Shown here: piece by piece, positions 28,344-38,653 of the stretch
Position numbering within the stretch: the stretch's first letter is position 1
Layout: each line of letters starts with the position of its first letter
DNA from: an uncultured Bacteroidota bacterium
GTDB lineage: Bacteria > Bacteroidota > Bacteroidia > Bacteroidales > P3
Direction: 5' to 3'
NCBI GenBank assembly: GCA_902784865.1
Contig: CACZWL010000006.1
Location: 40,112-104,111 of the forward strand
DNA: 64,000 nucleotides
Made by a program: the position numbers and the translations under genes
The notes under the pieces: model-generated
What the model saw: the letters and a program-made list of their open reading frames with translations, nothing else
The model's database searches: none
What the model was told of the DNA's origin: nothing

Positions 28344-29255
28344 TTATTGTGCAGCGGCAGCCTGAGGAGCGGGAGCCGGGGCGACGGGAGCCGGGGCTGC
28401 CTCGGCGGCGGGCTTAGGCTCGGGCTTCTTGGCCGGGGCGGGGAAGTTGACGTCGTGGATGGCGTGGGTGGGGCACTCGACGACGCACTTGCGGCAGGCG
28501 ATGCACTTGGTGAAGTCGATATAGGAGAGGCTGTCGGCGATGGTGATGGCGCTGACGGGGCACACCTTCTCGCACTTCGTGCAGCCGATGCAGGCATTCT
28601 CGCAGGTCTTGCGGGCGGCGGCGCCTTTCTCTTTGTTGACGCAGCTGACGAAGACACGGCGGTTGTTGCGGCCACGGTTGCGGAGCTCTATGATGCGACG
28701 GGGGCAGGCCTTGACGCAGGCGCCGCAGGCGGTGCACTTGGCCTCGTCGACCTCGGGGGTATGCATGTCGGGGTTCATGTGGATGGCGTCGAACTGACAG
28801 GCAGCGACGCAGTCGCCACAGCCGAGGCAACCGAAGGAGCAGCCGCTCTCACCGGTATAGACGGTGTTGGCGAAGGCGCAGGAGCGCAGGCCGTCGTAGT
28901 TGGAGCGGCGTTTCTCGCCACAGAAGGAGGGGTTGCAGCGGACGACGGCGACCTGAGGCTCGCCGGCCTCGGCGGAGCAGCCGAGGAGGGCTGCAATCTT
29001 CTGGGCCACAGGCTCGCCACCCGGGGCGCAGCGGAGGCCGTCCATGTTGCCTTGCGCCACACAGGCCTCGGCGAAAGCGCGGCAACCGGCCTTGCCGCAG
29101 CCGCCGCAGTTGGCGCCGGGCAGCACATCGGCCACCTCGTCGATGAGGGGGTCTTCGACCACCTTGAATTTTTGGGCCACAAAATAGAGCACCACGGCGA
29201 AGAAAGCGCCTATGACGCCCAGTACAATCACCGCAATCAAGATTTGTTGAGTCAT
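28344..29255 (-). CDS. rnfB: Rnf complex subunit B (Fe-S)
   Basis: 303 aa. N-terminal TM, CGGCGKAGC motif, multiple CxxCxxCxxxCP ferredoxin motifs, Ala/Pro-rich tail. Confidence 0.9.
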   Translation of the reverse strand: MTQQILIAVIVLGVIGAFFAVVLYFVAQKFKVVEDPLIDEVADVLPGANCGGCGKAGCRAFAEACVAQGNMDGLRCAPGGEPVAQKIAALLGCSAEAGEPQVAVVRCNPSFCGEKRRSNYDGLRSCAFANTVYTGESGCSFGCLGCGDCVAACQFDAIHMNPDMHTPEVDEAKCTACGACVKACPRRIIELRNRGRNNRRVFVSCVNKEKGAAARKTCENACIGCTKCEKVCPVSAITIADSLSYIDFTKCIACRKCVVECPTHAIHDVNFPAPAKKPEPKPAAEAAPAPVAPAPAPQAAAAQ

Positions 29256-29322
29256 GTTATTTTTGTGTATTTTAGGTTTTCTTATGCGTTTTTAATATAT
29301 TCAATCTATAAAATTGAAAGTG

Positions 29323-29330
29323 CAAAATTA
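29323..29330 (-). promoter_or_regulatory. Candidate -7 box for the rnf operon
   Basis: Minus strand reads TAATTTTG, 68 nt upstream of the rnfB ATG. Confidence 0.35.
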
Positions 29331-29516
29331 CACAAATTATATAAAATGGCCAAATTTTTTTTTCCACGGGTTGTTAATAGCCGACGGCAGACGGGAGAAA
29401 AACGCCTCCCCGACGGCCCGAAAACAGGTCGAAAAAAGGCCGGATTTTTTTGCGAAAAAAGTCGAAAAAAGGCCTATTTATGTACTTTTACAACGGGCTG
29501 ATTATAAGTACATTGT

Positions 29517-29549
29517 AAGTTATAGGTTTTGCCTAGGTTTTGACTTGGT
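29517..29549. repeat. 33-bp intergenic repeat (aagttataggttttgcctaggttttgacttggt), copy A
   Basis: Identical to 34818-34850. In both copies GGTAGGT-family-like sequence follows (ggtaggtggatgg in copy B, degenerate gttagtgtatgg here) and an aaaaaagtcgaaaaa motif precedes. Confidence 0.8.
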
Positions 29550-29654
29550 TAGTGTATGGTTGGGGGACGGTCGGCAGGGCGGCCGGATGGCGGGGAGCGA
29601 CAGGGTGCTCAGGGGACGAAAAAAAGTTTTTTTTGCCAAATGAAAAAAAGTTCG

Positions 29655-29662
29655 TAATTTTG
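29655..29662 (+). promoter_or_regulatory. -7 promoter box (TAATTTTG) for the usp gene
   Basis: Matches TAnnTTTG, 28 nt upstream of the ATG at 29690. Confidence 0.45.
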
Positions 29663-29689
29663 TCCCGTCAAACCAACACCGTACAAAAG

Positions 29690-30511
29690 ATGAACAAAGT
29701 TGTAGTAGGATTTGATTTTTCCTCGGGTTCTGCCTATGCCGTCGACCTGGCCATCGACATAGCCAACCGCTGGCAAAGCGACATCAAGCTGGTCTACGTG
29801 AAGGAGAAAAACGAGGACGAGACGCCGATTCGCGCCGAGATTGAGCGCCGCAACGCGGGCGTTGCACACCTTCTAAAAGGCATCCGCCTGGACTACGTGC
29901 TGCGCCAGGGCAACCCCGCCGAGCAACTGGCCAAACAGGCCGAAGAGGACGACGCCAGCCTGCTGATAGTGGGTACCCACGGCATGAGCGGCATGAAGAA
30001 GAACCTGCTGGGACACAACACGTTCAAGACCGTCGAACTCTCGCCGGTGCCGGTGCTGATGGTCCGCGAGGATTTCAACTTCAATAAGTCGCTGGATACC
30101 ATCGTGGTACCCATCGACAGCAGTGACAACACGCGCCAGAAAGCCGGCCAGGCAGCCACCTTCGCCAAGACCTTCGGGTCGACCATCCACCTGCTCGGCC
30201 TCTACACCTCGACGGCCAAGGACGTGCGCGCCATCGTCAACAAGTATATCAGCATGGTACAGAGGCACTTCGAGAAAACCGGCGTGCAATACCAGACGAA
30301 GTTCATCGAGGTGGGCAAGAACGTGAGCCTCGACACCATAGACTACGCCAACTCGGTGAATGCCGACATGATAGCCATCATGACCGAGCAGGAGAGCTCG
30401 CTGTCGAACCTCATCATGGGCACCTACGCGCAACAGATGCTCACCAACTCGAAAATCCCCGTGCTCACCGTCCGCCCGCGCCGCGTGCTGGCCGACACGG
30501 TAACCTACTGA
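29690..30511 (+). CDS. Universal stress protein (tandem Usp domains)
   Basis: Start MNKVVVGFDFSSGSAYA. LLIVGTHGMSG and MIAIMTEQES motifs. The upstream part of the ORF runs through the repeat element and is rejected. Confidence 0.8.
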   Translation: MNKVVVGFDFSSGSAYAVDLAIDIANRWQSDIKLVYVKEKNEDETPIRAEIERRNAGVAHLLKGIRLDYVLRQGNPAEQLAKQAEEDDASLLIVGTHGMSGMKKNLLGHNTFKTVELSPVPVLMVREDFNFNKSLDTIVVPIDSSDNTRQKAGQAATFAKTFGSTIHLLGLYTSTAKDVRAIVNKYISMVQRHFEKTGVQYQTKFIEVGKNVSLDTIDYANSVNADMIAIMTEQESSLSNLIMGTYAQQMLTNSKIPVLTVRPRRVLADTVTY

Positions 30512-30559
30512 TTACACGACAACTAACAACTACCAACCAACAACCTTAACTACCGAAAA

Positions 30560-31021
30560 TTGAGACACAAGCATAGATACAGACTGACAATTGCCGGGGC
30601 AGCGATGCTCATTGCCGGCAGCCTCGGCGCACAGGCGCAGAGCGGCCGCGTGAGGGTGACGGGCGACGTGGCCGTGAACCAGATGGTCGAACGGCACATC
30701 GAACTGAACACCCGCGCCAAGACCATACCCGGCTACCGCGTCCAAATTGCCTCATTCTCAGGCACCAGCTCGAAAAGCAACGCCTTCAACCTGCGCACGC
30801 GCTTCATGACCGACTACCCACATGTGCAGGCATACATCATCTACGACGAACCCAACTTCAAGGTGAAGGTCGGCGACTTCCGCTCACGCCTCGAAGCCTA
30901 CGCTTTCTTGCAGGAAATCAAGGAAGTATACAAAGGCTACATCATCAAGGACAACATCTACCCCGAGCCTCCGCAACAGATAGAGTACGCCCCCGACGAC
31001 GAGACCTCAGGCGACGAATAG
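30560..31021 (+). CDS. SPOR domain-containing protein
   Basis: 153 aa. TTG start (alternative ATG at about 30605), signal peptide, and YRVQIASFSG...FKVKVGDFRSRLEAYAFLQEIK SPOR fold pattern. Confidence 0.7.
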   Translation: MRHKHRYRLTIAGAAMLIAGSLGAQAQSGRVRVTGDVAVNQMVERHIELNTRAKTIPGYRVQIASFSGTSSKSNAFNLRTRFMTDYPHVQAYIIYDEPNFKVKVGDFRSRLEAYAFLQEIKEVYKGYIIKDNIYPEPPQQIEYAPDDETSGDE

Positions 31022-32107
31022 CGCGGCGGCCATGCCGTCGGCGTGGAGGAGACCTTCGGGGGTTGGACGGTAGCAAGGTGAGCAGTGAAGAAGTGAAAGC
31101 GGTTCAATCCAGCCGCACGCAATATAGGGCTGCATCTTTTGGTGCAGCTCTTCTTTGTATTTGTCGGGGATGTCGGCCAGGGCGAGGCCGCGGGTGGTAC
31201 GGAGGGCGGTCATGAGGAGCTCGTTGCAGGCGTCGGCCTCGGAAAGGACCTCTTCGCTCTCCACTTTCCACTTCCCGTTCTCCGCCGCCTCCATGGCTGC
31301 GTTCCAGCGACGGCGGGTGCCGTCAAAGCTGTGGGCGCCAGGACCTAAGCCTAGGTAAGGCGTGCGGTCCCAGTAGCGGCTGTTGTGGCGCGAATGGTAG
31401 CCCGGGCGGCAGAAGTTCGAGACCTCGTACTGAAGGATGCCCTCCGCCTCAAACTGCTGACGCAGTGCATGATACTGACGGACAACCTCATCCTCGTCGG
31501 GCAGCACCACCCTACCCTGCTCCACCTGCCTGGCCAGCGCCGTGCCCGGCTCGACGGTGAGTGCATAGGCAGAGAGGTGAGTGATTAAATGAAAATTGAA
31601 AATTGAAAATTGATATTCCTCGTGAGGCAGGCCGTAGATAAAGTCGACGCTGATGTTGCGGAAACCGGCAGCATGGGCCTGCTCAACGACTTCCAAGGCC
31701 TGGGCGGCGGTGTGGCGGCGGCCTATGAGACGCAGCACCTCGTCGTCGAGGCTCTGGATGCCTATGCTCAACCGATTGATACCCAGCGCGCGCAGCCCCT
31801 GCAGGTATTCCGGGGTGAGGTCCTCGGGGTTGGCCTCGAGGGTAACCTCCTCAACATGAGAGAGGTCGAAGCTGCGACACAGCCCCTCCACGATGCGCGC
31901 CAACTGTTCCATCGGCAGTATGCTCGGCGTGCCACCTCCGAAATAGACCGTCTGTATCGGGTACGGCTGCTCCCCCCTGCGGCGATCCATCTCCTCCAGC
32001 AGGGCGTCGACATAGGATACACAAGCATCTGCCCCAAGCACGGGCTTGGAGTAGAAAGCGCAGTAGGTACACTTGCGGTGGCAGTATGGGACGTGTATAT
32101 ATATCAA
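31007..32107 (-). CDS. hemW: Radical SAM heme chaperone HemW (coproporphyrinogen III oxidase-like)
   Basis: 366 aa. IHVPYCHRKCTYCAF (CxxxCxxC). Apparent TTG start. Contains the heptamer-tract insertion at 31584-31618. Confidence 0.85.
   Translation of the reverse strand: MIYIHVPYCHRKCTYCAFYSKPVLGADACVSYVDALLEEMDRRRGEQPYPIQTVYFGGGTPSILPMEQLARIVEGLCRSFDLSHVEEVTLEANPEDLTPEYLQGLRALGINRLSIGIQSLDDEVLRLIGRRHTAAQALEVVEQAHAAGFRNISVDFIYGLPHEEYQFSIFNFHLITHLSAYALTVEPGTALARQVEQGRVVLPDEDEVVRQYHALRQQFEAEGILQYEVSNFCRPGYHSRHNSRYWDRTPYLGLGPGAHSFDGTRRRWNAAMEAAENGKWKVESEEVLSEADACNELLMTALRTTRGLALADIPDKYKEELHQKMQPYIACGWIEPLSLLHCSPCYRPTPEGLLHADGMAAALFVA
31584..31618. repeat. gaaaatt heptamer tandem tract inside hemW
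   Basis: attaaat gaaaatt gaaaatt gaaaatt gatattc; translated in frame on the minus strand as QFSIFNFHLI. Confidence 0.7.
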
Positions 32108-32128
32108 TTGCGGATGCCGGGTTTGTAA

Positions 32129-33217
32129 TTATGAATCGAGTAGCTGGTCGGCGGCGGCGTAGGGGGTTAGGTGGTTGTCAAGTATCTGCTGCTTAAGCTC
32201 TTCGATGCGCTGCTCGATGCCGGGGGCGGAGTAGAAACGGTCGCGGAGACCGCTCTCGATGGCTTCAGTCATGATGCGCAGGTTCTGCTGCTGGCGCTTG
32301 TGGTAGAAGTAGCCGTTGCCCTTGGTGAAGGTGACGTAGTCCATGACGTCGTTCCAAAGCTCCTCGAGCCCCTGCTTGGTGTAGGCCGAACAGAGGGACA
32401 CCTTGACAGTCCAGCCGCTCTCGGGCATGGGGAAGAGGTGGAGGGCATTGCGGAACTGGGCGGCGGCCAATTCGGAGCGCTGCATGTCGAGTTCGCACTT
32501 GTTAATTGCAATCATATCAGCCATTTCCATAATGCCGCGCTTGATGCCCTGCAGCTCGTCGCCGGTATTGGCAAGCTGGAGCAGGAGGAAGAAATCCACC
32601 ATCGAATGGGCAGCCACCTCGCTTTGTCCAACACCCACAGTCTCAACGATAACGACATCGAAGCCGGCAGCCTCGCAGAGAGTGATGATCTCGCGCGTCT
32701 TACGCGCCACGCCACCCAGGGAACCCGCTGAGGGTGAGGGGCGTATGAAAGCATTGGGGTCGACGGAGAGCTCTTCCATGCGGGTCTTGTCGCCTAGAAT
32801 GGAGCCCTTGGAGCGCTCGCTGCTGGGGTCGATGGCCAATACCGCAACTTTATGATTATGAGCGGTCAGCATCTTACCCAAGGCCTCGATAGTGGTGCTT
32901 TTGCCAGCGCCGGGGACGCCAGTGATGCCGAGACGGATAGACTTGCCGCTGTAGGGCAGACAACGCTCGATGACCTCCTGCGCCTTCTTCTGGTGGGAAC
33001 GCAATGAACTCTCAACCAAAGTGATAGCACGACTGAGGAGGGTGCGGTCGCCATGACGTATGCCACTGACCAACTCCTCTAGCGAAGGCTCTTGGCGCTT
33101 GCGGGCGCGCATACGCTCCAAGTAACTGTAATTCACCTGGTCAGGCTGCTTGACGCCTCCTTGGACCGAGAGGGCCGAGTCATAATCGAAGTTGCTATAT
33201 AGGTGCTTATCTTCCAT
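32129..33217 (-). CDS. meaB: Methylmalonyl-CoA mutase-associated GTPase MeaB/ArgK
   Basis: GITGVPGAGKST P-loop, VETVGVGQSE and NKCEL (NKxD-like). ATG at 33217 is preferred over the TTG at 33259. Confidence 0.85.
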   Translation of the reverse strand: MEDKHLYSNFDYDSALSVQGGVKQPDQVNYSYLERMRARKRQEPSLEELVSGIRHGDRTLLSRAITLVESSLRSHQKKAQEVIERCLPYSGKSIRLGITGVPGAGKSTTIEALGKMLTAHNHKVAVLAIDPSSERSKGSILGDKTRMEELSVDPNAFIRPSPSAGSLGGVARKTREIITLCEAAGFDVVIVETVGVGQSEVAAHSMVDFFLLLQLANTGDELQGIKRGIMEMADMIAINKCELDMQRSELAAAQFRNALHLFPMPESGWTVKVSLCSAYTKQGLEELWNDVMDYVTFTKGNGYFYHKRQQQNLRIMTEAIESGLRDRFYSAPGIEQRIEELKQQILDNHLTPYAAADQLLDS

Positions 33218-33260
33218 AATAATGTATAACGCGTGCGCGTTGCTAATATTGTGCGACAAC

Positions 33261-33290
33261 GAAAAAAGGCACTGCCGCGAGCAAGTGCCT
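33261..33290 (-). terminator. Rho-independent terminator downstream of the tRNA
   Basis: Minus strand: aggcact-tgctcgcggc-agtgcct followed by tttttt. Confidence 0.6.
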
Positions 33291-33294
33291 CTGT

Positions 33295-33371
33295 TGGTAG
33301 CGGGAACCAGACTTGAACTGGTGACCTCCGGGTTATGAATCCAGCGCTCTAACCAGCTGAGCTATCCCGCC
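33295..33371 (-). tRNA. tRNA with CAU anticodon (Met; lysidine-modified Ile2 not excluded), CCA encoded
   Basis: Minus strand ggcgggatagctcagctggttagagcgctggattCATaacccggaggtcaccagttcaagtctggttcccgctacca. Cloverleaf arms can be drawn by hand, with a G1-U72 wobble. Confidence 0.85.
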
Positions 33372-33382
33372 GAAAACGGGTG

Positions 33383-33390
33383 CAAAAGTA
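33383..33390 (-). promoter_or_regulatory. -7 promoter box (TACTTTTG) for the tRNA
   Basis: Minus strand TACTTTTGcacccgttttc immediately precedes the tRNA 5' end. Confidence 0.5.
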
Positions 33391-33509
33391 CTAACTTTTC
33401 GCGAAACGGCAAAATATTTTTGAAAAATAATTCACAACATGCTATATTACAGCAAATTATTTTTACTCTGCCGGGGCGGACAGGGCTCGAAAAACGATGC
33501 TTGGCAGGA

Positions 33510-34592
33510 CTATTTAGGCAAGATTCCGCTAATATTTCCACCGATGGAATCGCAGCGTGCACCAGTCACCGAGGCCAAGGTGTTGACCTGGGCAGTGAGC
33601 CGAAGGTAGCCCAAGAAGGCAAAAACTAATGCCTCTTTATAGTTGACAATCAGCGAATCAGGCACTATTACTTGAACCTTTGGTAGATATTCGCATAGGA
33701 GATCTATAAGGTAGGAGTTGAATGCACCTCCACCAGTCACCAACATAGACTTTATATCCTGATGCTCAACGACATGTGCAACCTGCCGAGCAATGTGGTC
33801 GGTCACAGTGCGCAGCAGGTCGGGCGTAGGCAGGTCGGCGGCCTCGACCAGTGGCCAGAAATCGGAAACAAACCACTCTTTGCCGATAGATTTCGGAATG
33901 CTATAACTATAATAATCAATATTATCCAAAGTTTCACTCAACCTTTCGTTCAATATCCCACAGCGGGCGTTCTCCCCCTCGGGGTCGTAGGGCAAGCCGA
34001 GGCGCGCAGACAGGTGGTTGAGGGCCATGTTACAGGGACAAATATCGAACGCAACACACACACTATCAATACGATATGATATATTAGCGATACCGCCTAG
34101 GTTGAGACAAGCGTCGTAGTGGCCAAAGAGGAGCTCGTCGCCAATGGGAACCAGGGGGGCGCCTTGGCCGCCGAGCGCCACGTCGAGGGTTCGGAAGTTG
34201 CTGACAACCAGCAGTCCAGTCGTCGCCGCAATGGCATCGCCGTCGCCGATTTGAGTGGTGAATCCCACAGCGCCCCCGCCCGCAGAGGCAACATCCCCCT
34301 TGAGGGGCTGGTGGAAGATGGTGTGCCCGTGCGACGCAACGGCATCGATAACAATACTTTTGTCAGCAAGGAACTCATTGATTATATGCCCAAAATAATG
34401 TCCGAGTTCAACATTTGCTTTAGCATACTCGAGGGCAGAAGAATGCTCGAGCGAAGCGAGTCGGCGGTGCCAGTGGTCGGGGTACGGCACGGTGGTAGCA
34501 GCGACTATCGAAGCGCTGGCACCGGAGACATTGCAGATAGCGAGGTCGACGCCGTCGAGCGAAGTGCCCGACATCAAGCCAAGTATTGTCAT
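33510..34592 (-). CDS. anmK: Anhydro-N-acetylmuramic acid kinase
   Basis: 360 aa. MTILGLMSGTSLDGVD and the GGGAFN motif. Confidence 0.9.
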   Translation of the reverse strand: MTILGLMSGTSLDGVDLAICNVSGASASIVAATTVPYPDHWHRRLASLEHSSALEYAKANVELGHYFGHIINEFLADKSIVIDAVASHGHTIFHQPLKGDVASAGGGAVGFTTQIGDGDAIAATTGLLVVSNFRTLDVALGGQGAPLVPIGDELLFGHYDACLNLGGIANISYRIDSVCVAFDICPCNMALNHLSARLGLPYDPEGENARCGILNERLSETLDNIDYYSYSIPKSIGKEWFVSDFWPLVEAADLPTPDLLRTVTDHIARQVAHVVEHQDIKSMLVTGGGAFNSYLIDLLCEYLPKVQVIVPDSLIVNYKEALVFAFLGYLRLTAQVNTLASVTGARCDSIGGNISGILPK

Positions 34593-34817
34593 TTTACAGC
34601 TATATTTATCATGTTTTCAATATGTTACTCCCCTACCCCAAGTCACCTCCACAGATGCAAAGATACGACAAAAAGCGGAAAGGGACTACCGTGATGGCAA
34701 AATTCAATGCAATACACTCAGTACCAGCAGGTTCAATCAGGAGTGAAAAATCGGCAAAAAAGTCGAAAAACAAGGCAAAAACGCTCGTCCGTAACAAGTT
34801 GATAACTAGCGATATAT

Positions 34818-34850
34818 AAGTTATAGGTTTTGCCTAGGTTTTGACTTGGT
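34818..34850. repeat. 33-bp intergenic repeat, copy B
   Basis: Identical to 29517-29549. Confidence 0.8.
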
Positions 34851-35034
34851 AGGTGGATGGCAGGAGTCGACTGGGGGACAGCGGGGGGTGGAGATGCAAA
34901 ATATCGGTGCAGAATTGGCGAAAAACGGGGGTGAAAGCGGTGTTTTGGCGACAAAAACAGAGATTACACAACACTGATTCTCTGCGAATTAAAAAGAAAT
35001 TTGCATCGAAACACCATTTATTTAGAAAAAACGT

Positions 35035-35042
35035 GTAACTTT
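35035..35042 (+). promoter_or_regulatory. -7 promoter box (TAACTTTG) for ridA/acd/etf
   Basis: Matches TAnnTTTG, 35 nt upstream of the ridA ATG. Confidence 0.45.
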
Positions 35043-35076
35043 GCACTTCGAAAAACAAGAAAATAATCGATAAAAA

Positions 35077-35451
35077 ATGAAGAAAATCATCAACACACCG
35101 AATGCCCCTGCAGCGATAGGCCCCTACAGCCAGGCGGTGCAGGCCGGCAACACGCTGTACATTTCGGGTCAGATTCCCATCAACCCTGCAACGAAAGAGG
35201 TGCCCGAAGGCATCACGGCGCAGACCGAGCAGGTCATGCAGAACATCAAGGCCATCCTCGACGAGGCGGGCTACTCGTTCCAGGATGTGGTCAAATCGAC
35301 CTGCCTGCTGGCCGACATGGAGTACTTCAAACCCATGAACGAGGTCTACGCCAAGTACTACAATACCGACTGCCCCGCCCGCGCGGCTTTCGCCGTGAAG
35401 GGTCTGCCGATGGGCGTACTGGTTGAAATTGAGACAATTGCAGTGAAATAA
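35077..35451 (+). CDS. ridA: RidA family reactive-intermediate deaminase
   Basis: 124 aa. [14 protein letters not shown]...ARAAFAV...VEIETIA. Confidence 0.9.
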   Translation: MKKIINTPNAPAAIGPYSQAVQAGNTLYISGQIPINPATKEVPEGITAQTEQVMQNIKAILDEAGYSFQDVVKSTCLLADMEYFKPMNEVYAKYYNTDCPARAAFAVKGLPMGVLVEIETIAVK

Positions 35452-35501
35452 TTTCTAGGACATCCTAGTGCAACCCAGAAAAAAATATATACTTAAATAG
35501 A

Positions 35502-36638
<1,137 letters not shown>

Positions 36639-36641
<3 letters not shown>

Positions 36642-36701
36642 TAATCAGAATACTCCGAATACTCCGAATATTCAGAGTAATCAGAATACTCAGAAAAGTA
36701 A
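36639..36701. repeat. 9-bp tandem array (gaatactcc-type, about 7 units) forming the acd-etfB spacer
   Basis: taataatca gaatactcc gaatactcc gaatattca gagtaatca gaatactca gaaaagtaa. Confidence 0.8.
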
Positions 36702-36705
36702 GAAA

Positions 36706-37491
36706 ATGAACATAGTAGTTTGCATAAAGCAAGTGCCGGACACCACCGAGGTGAAAATCAACCCGCAGACCGGTACCCTTATCCGCGAGGGCGTGCCCTC
36801 CATCATGAACCCCGACGACAAGGGCGGCCTTGAGTTCGCCCTGCAGCTGAAGGACAAATACGGCGCCCACGTGACCGTCATCACCATGGGTCTGCCCCAG
36901 GCCGAGGCCATCCTGCGCGAGGCCCTCGCTATGGGCGTCGACCGCGCCATCCTCCTCACCGACCGCAAGCTCGGCGGCGCCGACACCCTGGCCACCTCCA
37001 GCGCCATCGCCGGCGCCCTGCGCACCATGGATGTCGACCTCATCGTCACCGGCCGCCAGGCCATCGACGGCGACACCGCCCAGGTGGGTCCCCAGATCGC
37101 CGAACACCTCGACCTGCCGCAGGTCTCCTACATGGAAGACCTCCAGTACAACGAGGCCACCAAGACCTTCACCATCCGCAAACAGCTCGAGGACGGCTAC
37201 CAGGTGCTCGAGATGCAGGCCCCCTGCGTCGTCACCGCCCTGGCCAGCGCCGTGCAACCCCGCTACATGAGCGTCAGCGGCATCGTCGACGCCTACGGCA
37301 AGGAAGTCGAAGTCTGGGGCGCCGACCGCATCAACGTGCCCGACGAGGAAATCGGCAAGGCCGGCTCGCCCACCAGCGTCTTCAAGTCGTTCCCCAAGCA
37401 GCTCAAGCCCGCCGGCCAGACCTTCGAGGTCAGCCCCGAAGAGGCCGTCGAACTGATTGTGAACAAGCTCAAGGAAAAACATATAATCTAG
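36706..37491 (+). CDS. etfB: Electron transfer flavoprotein subunit beta
   Basis: 261 aa. MNIVVCIKQVPDT and VDLIVTGRQAIDGDTAQVG. Confidence 0.9.
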   Translation: MNIVVCIKQVPDTTEVKINPQTGTLIREGVPSIMNPDDKGGLEFALQLKDKYGAHVTVITMGLPQAEAILREALAMGVDRAILLTDRKLGGADTLATSSAIAGALRTMDVDLIVTGRQAIDGDTAQVGPQIAEHLDLPQVSYMEDLQYNEATKTFTIRKQLEDGYQVLEMQAPCVVTALASAVQPRYMSVSGIVDAYGKEVEVWGADRINVPDEEIGKAGSPTSVFKSFPKQLKPAGQTFEVSPEEAVELIVNKLKEKHII

Positions 37492-37546
37492 TAACACTAG
37501 TCTAACTAGTTTAACTAGCCTAACTAGTTCAACTAGAAAAAACTAG
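37489..37546. repeat. 9-bp tandem array (nnnaaCTAG, about 6 units) forming the etfB-etfA spacer
   Basis: tag taacactag tctaactag tttaactag cctaactag ttcaactag aaaaaactag. The first five CTAG units place TAG in frame with the etfB stop. Confidence 0.8.
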
Positions 37547-37562
37547 AAAAAAGAAAGAAACA

Positions 37563-38573
37563 ATGAACCTCACAGAATACAAAGACGTATACGTGTTTGC
37601 CGAGCAACGCGAAGGCAAACTGCAGAACGTGGCCCTCGAGCTGCTGGGCAAAGCCCGCGAACTGGCCGACGCCAACCAGGAAAAGGTCGTCGCCATGCTC
37701 CTCGGCAAGGACATCAAAGGCCTCGCCCCCACCCTCATCGAGCACGGCGCCGACGAGGTCATCGCAGTCGACAACGACCTGCTGAAAGACTACCTCACCG
37801 AGCCCTACACCCAGGCCATCACCGCCATCATCAAAGAGCGCAAACCCAGCATCATGCTCATCGGCGCCACCACCATCGGCCGCGACCTCGGCCCCCGCGT
37901 CAGCGCTCGCAACCGCACCGGCCTCACCGCCGATGCCACCAAGCTGGAAATCAGCGACGACGAAGCCCACGAGTTCCGCATGACCCGCCCCGCTTTCGGC
38001 GGCAACCTCATGGCCACCATCCTCTGCAAGAACCACCGCCCGCAGATGTCCACCGTCCGCCCCGGCGTCATGCAGAAAATGGCCGCCGACAAGAGCCGCA
38101 AGGGCGTCGTCACCGACTTCAACGTCACCTTCGACACGGCCAAGATCAGCCGCGTGAAGCTCGTCAAGACCGTCAAGGAAGAGAAGACCGTCACCGACAT
38201 CAGCGAGGCCAAAGTCCTCGTCAGCGGTGGCCGCGGCGTCGGCACCAAGGACGGCTTCGGCAAACTCCAGGCCCTCGCCTCCGAACTCGGCGGCGAAGTC
38301 TCCAGCAGCCGCGCCATGGTGGACGCCGGCGTCATGGACGCCAGCCGCCAGGTCGGCCAGACCGGCAAGACCGTCCGCCCGGCCCTCTACATGGCCTGCG
38401 GCATCAGCGGCGCCATCCAGCACCTCGCCGGCATGGAAGAGAGCGACCTCATCATCGCCATCAACAAGGACAAGTTCGCCCCCATCTTCCAGGTTGCCGA
38501 CCTCGGCATCGTGGGCGACCTCCACAAGATCGTCCCCATGCTCACCGAGAGGCTGAAGACCATGCAGCGCTAG
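37563..38573 (+). CDS. etfA: Electron transfer flavoprotein subunit alpha
   Basis: 336 aa. C-terminal FAD-binding motif [16 protein letters not shown]. Confidence 0.9.
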   Translation: MNLTEYKDVYVFAEQREGKLQNVALELLGKARELADANQEKVVAMLLGKDIKGLAPTLIEHGADEVIAVDNDLLKDYLTEPYTQAITAIIKERKPSIMLIGATTIGRDLGPRVSARNRTGLTADATKLEISDDEAHEFRMTRPAFGGNLMATILCKNHRPQMSTVRPGVMQKMAADKSRKGVVTDFNVTFDTAKISRVKLVKTVKEEKTVTDISEAKVLVSGGRGVGTKDGFGKLQALASELGGEVSSSRAMVDAGVMDASRQVGQTGKTVRPALYMACGISGAIQHLAGMEESDLIIAINKDKFAPIFQVADLGIVGDLHKIVPMLTERLKTMQR

Positions 38574-38616
38574 AATTCTGCTCGTTGCGGCCCCTCCGCA
38601 ACATCAAAAGCCCCCA

Positions 38617-38651
38617 GCGGCCCGCACCACCCTGCGGGCCGCTATCTTTTT
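38617..38651 (+). terminator. Rho-independent terminator of the acd-etf operon
   Basis: gcggcccgca-ccaccc-tgcgggccgc (10-bp stem) followed by tatcttttt. Confidence 0.7.
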
Positions 38652-38653
38652 CT

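Noticed and set aside
33295-33371. The tRNA as an integration site for an island.
   Set aside because: No duplicate of the tRNA 3' end is seen anywhere in the window. Its flanks are backbone genes (meaB, anmK), and both islands are more than 5 kb away.
33510-35076. The somewhat AT-richer anmK region as a third island.
   Set aside because: anmK is a conserved housekeeping gene. The adjacent non-coding DNA is explained by the shared intergenic repeat and promoter region.
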